A DNA stretch of 64,000 nt, taken from Gammaproteobacteria bacterium (GTDB taxonomy: Bacteria; Pseudomonadota; Gammaproteobacteria; SURF-13). Of the stretch, positions 58,873-64,000 are shown piece by piece. The notes beneath the pieces are model-generated. The model saw nothing but the letters and a program-made list of their open reading frames with translations, did no database searches and was not told the origin of the DNA. The position numbers were made by a program, and so were the translations under genes. The stretch covers positions 3,907 to 67,906 of the forward strand of contig JAURVQ010000083.1 of NCBI GenBank assembly GCA_030655395.1, read 5' to 3'. Every line of letters starts with the position of its first letter. Within the stretch, counting starts at the first letter, position 1.

Positions 58873-60789
58873 ATGTATCGTTGGTTAGCCGAGAAACTGG
58901 GGAATGTCAGCGTCAACCGCAAGCTGAGCATAGGCTTCGGCCTGGTATTGGTCCTGACCCTATTGATCACCTTCACCGGCTGGACCGGCCTCAGCGGCGT
59001 GATCAGCCGTGGCGACAAGCTGGGCTATATTTCCAGCCTCAACGGGCTGTCCAAAGACCTGCGCCTGGCGCGCCTGGACTTCGAAATGCGTCGCGGCGAA
59101 CAAGGTACAGGCGCGGTCACCGACTTGATCGCACAGCTGGACAGCGGCCTGAAAACCGCCGCAGAGCTGATCGAGCAACCCGCCGACAAGCTTGTAGTGG
59201 AACAACAACAGGAAGCCTTGGGCCAATACAAAAAAGCCTTCGGCGCCATGGTGCAGGCCGGCCTCAAGCGCGAAGGTGCCCGCAGCAAACTGGGTGATAC
59301 CGCCGACAACGCCGTAGCAAAAACCAACGAAGTGGAAAAATCCCTGCTGCAAGGCGACAGCGTCACCCTGTTCAACAGCGTGGTCGACCTGAGCAAACTG
59401 ATCCAGCAAGCGCGCTTCCAGGTGCGCGGCTACACCTACAGCGGCAAGGTCGAAGCCGAACAGCCGGCTCTGGATGCCATCGACAACGCCCTGAAAAAAA
59501 TCACCGACCTCAGCGACCAGTTGCCCGAGCAATATCGGGCCAACCTGCAAGAAGCCAGCGTCTCGCTGCAGGCCTACCGCGCCGCCGTCAGCCAGTACCG
59601 CGATTCCCAGGTGGCCACCGCTGCCGCGACGAAAATCATGGCCGAGCAAGGCGACATCCTGCTCGACCGCAGCGACAAACTCACCACCTCGCAAACCGTG
59701 GTGCGCGATACCGACACTGCCCACGCCAAGAACCTGTTGCTGTTGGCCACCGCCCTCGCGCTGGCCTTCGGCATCCTCGCCGCCTGGGCCATCACCCGCC
59801 AGATTGTTATCCCGCTGAGCCAAACCCTTAAAGTCGCCGAGCGCGTAGCGGCTGGCGACCTCAGCCACAACCTGATCTCCGAACGCCGCGATGAGCTGGG
59901 GCAACTGCAACGCTCCATGCAGAGCATGACCGTGGGCCTGCGGGAGCTGATCGGCGGTATCAGCGACGGCGTCACCCAGATTGCCAGCGCCGCCGAGCAA
60001 CTGTCGTCCGTTACCGAGCAGACCAGCGCCGGGGTCAACAGCCAGAAGGTCGAGACCGACCAGGTCGCCACCGCCATGAACGAAATGGCCGCTACCGTGC
60101 AGGAAGTCGCACGTAACGCCGAGGAAGCTTCCGAGGCCGCCGTCGCCGCCGACCAGCAGGCCCGTGAGGGTGACAAGGTGGTCGGTGAGGCCATCGCCCA
60201 GATCGAGCGCCTGGCCAGCGAGGTGGGCAACTCCACCGAAGCCATGGGCCATCTCAAGCGTGAAAGCGACAAGATTGGCAGTGTGCTGGACGTCATCAAG
60301 TCGGTAGCCCAGCAAACCAACCTGCTGGCCCTTAACGCAGCGATTGAAGCGGCGCGCGCTGGCGAAGCCGGACGCGGTTTTGCGGTGGTTGCCGATGAAG
60401 TGCGCAGCCTGGCCCAACGGACGCAGAAATCCACCGAGGAGATCGAAGAGTTGATCGTCGGCCTGCAAAGCGGCACCCAGCAGGTGGCAACCATCATGGA
60501 CAACAGTCGCGGCCTGACTGACAGCAGCGTCGAGCTGACCCGCCGGGCCGGCAATGCCCTGGAAAACATCACCCGTACCGTTTCCGCGATCCAGGCGATG
60601 AACCAGCAGATCGCCACCGCCGCCGAGCAACAAAGCGCCGTGGCCGAAGAGATCAACCGCAGCGTACTCAATGTGCGGGACGTCTCCGAACAAACCTCGG
60701 CAGCCAGCGAAGAAACCGCTGCTTCCAGTGCCGAGCTGGCGCGCCTGGGGGTTTACCTGCAAAGCCTGGTAGGTCGCTTCAAGGTCTGA
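58873..60789 (+). CDS. Methyl-accepting chemotaxis protein, large periplasmic helical sensor (HBM/4HB-like), HAMP, MA domain
   Basis: ORF 638 aa. Confidence 0.85.
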   Translation: MYRWLAEKLGNVSVNRKLSIGFGLVLVLTLLITFTGWTGLSGVISRGDKLGYISSLNGLSKDLRLARLDFEMRRGEQGTGAVTDLIAQLDSGLKTAAELIEQPADKLVVEQQQEALGQYKKAFGAMVQAGLKREGARSKLGDTADNAVAKTNEVEKSLLQGDSVTLFNSVVDLSKLIQQARFQVRGYTYSGKVEAEQPALDAIDNALKKITDLSDQLPEQYRANLQEASVSLQAYRAAVSQYRDSQVATAAATKIMAEQGDILLDRSDKLTTSQTVVRDTDTAHAKNLLLLATALALAFGILAAWAITRQIVIPLSQTLKVAERVAAGDLSHNLISERRDELGQLQRSMQSMTVGLRELIGGISDGVTQIASAAEQLSSVTEQTSAGVNSQKVETDQVATAMNEMAATVQEVARNAEEASEAAVAADQQAREGDKVVGEAIAQIERLASEVGNSTEAMGHLKRESDKIGSVLDVIKSVAQQTNLLALNAAIEAARAGEAGRGFAVVADEVRSLAQRTQKSTEEIEELIVGLQSGTQQVATIMDNSRGLTDSSVELTRRAGNALENITRTVSAIQAMNQQIATAAEQQSAVAEEINRSVLNVRDVSEQTSAASEETAASSAELARLGVYLQSLVGRFKV

Positions 60790-60961
60790 CCCGCTTGCGG
60801 CGGCCATCAGGGCCGCCCTCCTGACAACTTGTGAAATTTCCTACGCGTTTTTCAGGTCGTGGATCACACACCTGGCGCCGAATAAAAGTAGCGTTTCAAC
60901 TCCCCTGACCGTTGTCGGCCGGACGCTTGAGACGCTCCTTTTGATTCGTTGGAGGTTCACC

Positions 60962-62869
60962 ATGTTTCGTCCACTGACCCGCCTGCTTGGAAACATCAGC
61001 ATCAGCCTCAAACTTGCCCTGGGCTTTGGCCTGGTGCTCAGCCTTAGCCTGATCATCGCGTCTACCGGCTGGCAAGCCTTGAGCGCATCCCTCGAGCGCT
61101 CACAAAAACTCACCACCCTCTCGCAATTGGCCGTCGTCGGCGAAGAGCTGCGGGCTGATCGCATCGTCTATCGCACCCTTAACGACCCCGCGAGCCTGTC
61201 CAAAATAGAGCTGCACATGGACAAGATCGACCAGTTCCTGGTGGATCTTTCCCCACGATTCACCGACCTGGTCAACCAACAACAGCTGCAGGAAAGCCGA
61301 CGCTTTGTCACCAGTTTCAAAACCGCCCTCAGTGGCCTGGAGGGGCTGATCAAACAACGCGAGGACGCCCGCGAACAGCTCAAGCGCAGTTCAATCCAGA
61401 GCAGCGACAGCCTCTCGGAACTGTCCAGCAACCTGCCCAATCAAGACGATGAAAAGGCCCTCGACGCCGTAGAACAATTGCGCCAGGCCATGGAACAAGC
61501 CGAAGACCGCGCCCAAAGCCCCGCGTGGGCCACTGCGTCATTGGACGCCTATACCAACGGCGTGAGTGAAGCGCTACTGGCCCTGGACGGCGCCCAAGCG
61601 GCGGTAGGCGCACTGCCGGTTGATGCCAGCGCCCTGAAAAAAGCCCTGCTCGACTTTCGGACTCATCTGACACGCCTCAAGGATGCCCAACTCAGCACCG
61701 AAACCACCCAGAACCAGCTTGAGCAGTGGCTGGATAAGTTGCTCACGGAAAGCGACCTGCTGAGCCAGGACCAGACCGCCAAGCGCGACAAGGAAGCCAG
61801 CCTCGCCCGCACCCTGCTGCTCAACGTCACTGCGGCGGCGTTATTGCTCGGCGTCGTGGCCGCCTGGTTGATCGCCGTCCAGATCGTCGCGCCGCTGCGC
61901 CAGGCACTGCACGTGGCCAACCGGATTGCCGAAGGTGACCTGAGCCACGACATCCCGACCTCGCGCCAGGATGAACTGGGGCAGTTGCAGCGCAGCATCG
62001 GGCAAATGACCCTCAACCTGCGGGGCTTGATCAGCGGCATCGGCGACAGCGCCCAACAGATCGCCAGCGCCGCCGAACAACTGTCTGCCGTCACCGAACA
62101 GACCCGCGCCGGCGTCGACGGCCAGAAACAGGAAACCGAACAGGTGGCCACTGCCATGAATGAGATGCTCGCTACCTCCCAGGAAGTAGCGCGCCATGCC
62201 GAGCAAGCTTCACTCGCCGCTACCGAGGCCGATCAGCAGGCGAGCCAGGGCGATCAGGTGGTGGCTGAGGCTATCACCCACATCGAGCACCTGGCTCAGG
62301 AGATGGCGCGTTCAAGCCAGGCCATGCAAGGCTTGCAACAGGAAAGCCGGAAGATCGGCAGCGTGCTGGAGGTGATCAAATCGGTGTCGGAGCAGACCAA
62401 TTTGCTGGCCCTCAACGCCGCCATCGAAGCGGCCCGCGCCGGCGAGGCTGGCAGAGGCTTTGCCGTGGTCGCCGATGAAGTGCGCAGCCTGGCGCAGCGT
62501 ACCCAGCAGTCGGCCGAGGAAATCGAGGAGCTGATCAGCGGCCTGCATCGGGGCACGCAGCAGGTCGCGGACATTATGGACAACAGTCGCAGCCTCACCG
62601 ACAACAGCGTGCAACTGACCCGCCGTGCAGGAGAAGCGCTGGCGGGTATCACCCGTACCGTGTCAGTGATTCAGGAGATGAACCCGCAAATTGCCGCTGC
62701 CGCCGAGGAACAAACCGCGGTCGCCGAGGAGATCAACCGCAGCGTGTTGAAGGTCAAGGATGTATCGGAACAGACCTGGACCGCGAGTCAGGACACTGCG
62801 GCGGCCAGTGTCGAACTGGCGCGCCTGGGGGCGGATTTGCAGGTGTGGGTGGGCAAGTTCAAGGTCTGA
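60962..62869 (+). CDS. Methyl-accepting chemotaxis protein, tandem paralog of previous
   Basis: ORF 60941..62869; signalling domain almost identical to upstream MCP. Confidence 0.85.
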   Translation: MFRPLTRLLGNISISLKLALGFGLVLSLSLIIASTGWQALSASLERSQKLTTLSQLAVVGEELRADRIVYRTLNDPASLSKIELHMDKIDQFLVDLSPRFTDLVNQQQLQESRRFVTSFKTALSGLEGLIKQREDAREQLKRSSIQSSDSLSELSSNLPNQDDEKALDAVEQLRQAMEQAEDRAQSPAWATASLDAYTNGVSEALLALDGAQAAVGALPVDASALKKALLDFRTHLTRLKDAQLSTETTQNQLEQWLDKLLTESDLLSQDQTAKRDKEASLARTLLLNVTAAALLLGVVAAWLIAVQIVAPLRQALHVANRIAEGDLSHDIPTSRQDELGQLQRSIGQMTLNLRGLISGIGDSAQQIASAAEQLSAVTEQTRAGVDGQKQETEQVATAMNEMLATSQEVARHAEQASLAATEADQQASQGDQVVAEAITHIEHLAQEMARSSQAMQGLQQESRKIGSVLEVIKSVSEQTNLLALNAAIEAARAGEAGRGFAVVADEVRSLAQRTQQSAEEIEELISGLHRGTQQVADIMDNSRSLTDNSVQLTRRAGEALAGITRTVSVIQEMNPQIAAAAEEQTAVAEEINRSVLKVKDVSEQTWTASQDTAAASVELARLGADLQVWVGKFKV

Positions 62870-62893
62870 AAAAAACCACGACCAACGCTATTC

Positions 62894-63006
62894 TGTGGCG
62901 AGGGCGCTTGCTGTGGCGAGGGTGCTTGCTCCCGCTGGAGTGCGCAGCGCTCCCGTTCTTTTAGGGCCGCTACGCAGCCCAGCGGGGCAAGCTCCCTCGC
63001 CACAAA
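62894..63006. repeat. REP-like palindrome of the TGTGGCGAGGG(A/T)GCTTGCTCCCGCTGG family, with partial tandem duplication
   Basis: Direct reading. Confidence 0.75.
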
Positions 63007-63023
63007 AAGCATTCTCAACGCAT

Positions 63024-63779
63024 TTATAGAACTTGGCGCAGGAAGGCTTGGGCGCGGGGGTCCTTCGGCGCATCGAAGAATTGCGCCGGGGCGGCGTCCT
63101 CCAACAATTTGCCGTGATCGAAGAACAGCACTCGATCGGCCACTTCCCGGGCAAAACCCATTTCATGGGTGACGCAAACCATGGTCATGCCTTCCAGAGC
63201 CAGGGTCTTCATCACGTCCAGCACCTCGCCAACCATTTCCGGGTCCAGGGCCGAGGTGGGTTCGTCAAACAGCATCACCTTGGGCTCCATCGCCAGGGCG
63301 CGGGCAATCGCCACACGTTGTTGCTGGCCGCCAGAAAGCCGCGACGGGAACTCGTTGGCTTTCTGAGCAATGCCGACTTTTTCCAGGAGGGCCAGGGCCT
63401 TGGCCTCACGCTCTTTCTTGCCGCGCTTGCGCACGACTTTTTGCGCCAGGCAGAGGTTTTCCAGCACGGTCATGTGGGGGAACAGGTTGAAGTGCTGGAA
63501 CACCATGCCGACTTCGCGGCGGTAGGCGTTCACGTCGGTCTTCGGGTCTGCCAGTTGCAGGCCGTCGATGCTTACCGAGCCGGAATCGAATTCCTCCAGG
63601 CCGTTAAGGCACCGCAGGAACGTCGACTTGCCGGAACCGGACGGGCCGATCACCACCAGTACTTCACCCTTGGCCACTTGGGTGGTCACGTTGTCCACCG
63701 CGCGCACGACGTGGCCACGGGTGTCGAAGACTTTTACCAGATCGCGGACTTCAATCACTTTGCGCGAGCCTCCGCTCAA
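63024..63779 (-). CDS. Polar amino-acid ABC transporter ATP-binding protein
   Basis: ORF 251 aa, Walker [18 protein letters not shown]. Confidence 0.8.
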   Translation of the reverse strand: MSGGSRKVIEVRDLVKVFDTRGHVVRAVDNVTTQVAKGEVLVVIGPSGSGKSTFLRCLNGLEEFDSGSVSIDGLQLADPKTDVNAYRREVGMVFQHFNLFPHMTVLENLCLAQKVVRKRGKKEREAKALALLEKVGIAQKANEFPSRLSGGQQQRVAIARALAMEPKVMLFDEPTSALDPEMVGEVLDVMKTLALEGMTMVCVTHEMGFAREVADRVLFFDHGKLLEDAAPAQFFDAPKDPRAQAFLRQVL

Positions 63780-64000
63780 GCCGGCTGGCGATTTTCGACA
63801 GCGGCAGGTTGATCAGCAGGTACAGGCCTGCGACGCAGAACAGGATTTCAAACGGTGAGAACGAGGTGGTAATGACCTCGCGGCCGCTTTTAAGCAGTTC
63901 GGTAATCGCAATCACCGACACCAGGGACGTGTCCTTCACCAGGCTGATAAATTGCCCGGCCAGAGGCGGCAGCACGCGTTTGAAGGCTTGCGGCAACACC
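63751..64000 (-). CDS. Amino-acid ABC transporter permease, C-terminal part only (gene continues beyond window end)
   Basis: ORF 63751..63999 fragment. Confidence 0.55.
   Translation of the reverse strand, partial: VLPQAFKRVLPPLAGQFISLVKDTSLVSVIAITELLKSGREVITTSFSPFEILFCVAGLYLLINLPLSKIASRLERRLAQSD

Overview
The window looks like two different genomes joined near 44 kb, and I do not see a clearly new biological system.

Positions 1 to about 43.9 kb are very GC-rich (about 65-68% GC, with GC3 near 90%). This part has proteobacterial housekeeping genes (trmB, thiS, thiG, tRNA-Gly, typA, xseB-ispA-dxs, queD, cspA, lysA, hslV, and the 5' part of hslU) and a betaproteobacterial-type porin. It also holds a complete MSHA-type type IVa pilus locus on the minus strand (mshI1, I2, J, K, L, M, N, E, G, F-like, tandem major pilins, minor pilins C, D, O, P, and a 1236-aa MshQ-like adhesin), followed by a delta-60-repeat secreted protein. 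Several families of structured intergenic palindromic repeats are scattered through this half.

From about 44.5 kb to the end, the sequence is typical of the Pseudomonas fluorescens group. REP elements of the GTGGGAGCGGGCTTGCTCGCGAA family sit in almost every intergenic gap. The gene order is the canonical DUF971-phaC1-phaZ-phaC2-phaD-phaF-phaI, then a PHA granule protein, ubiE-ubiJ-ubiB, hisI-hisE, tatABC, rsmE, two tandem chemoreceptors, and the end of an amino-acid ABC transporter.

The composition and taxon switch falls inside or at the 3' end of hslU. hslVU upstream of the pha locus is also the native Pseudomonas gene order, so the seam follows a conserved gene. I read this as a chimeric join (misassembly or engineered splice) or a recombination event at hslU.

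The most unusual items are sequence structures rather than new proteins:
- A perfect 28-bp inverted repeat brackets a 101-bp spacer between the mshF-like gene and the pilin-proximal genes, which could be an invertible switch.
- Two inverted, AT-rich, multi-hairpin repeats of about 130 bp flank a 2.3-kb cassette carrying an HD-domain gene and an MbfA-like gene.
- An O-antigen-ligase/TPR gene sits inside the pilin cluster and is a candidate pilin glycosyltransferase.

I had no tools, so all calls rest on reading the ORF translations, motif recognition and hand counting. Coordinates may be off by a few bases, and start codons in the GC-rich part are uncertain because many ORFs there appear to use GTG or TTG starts.
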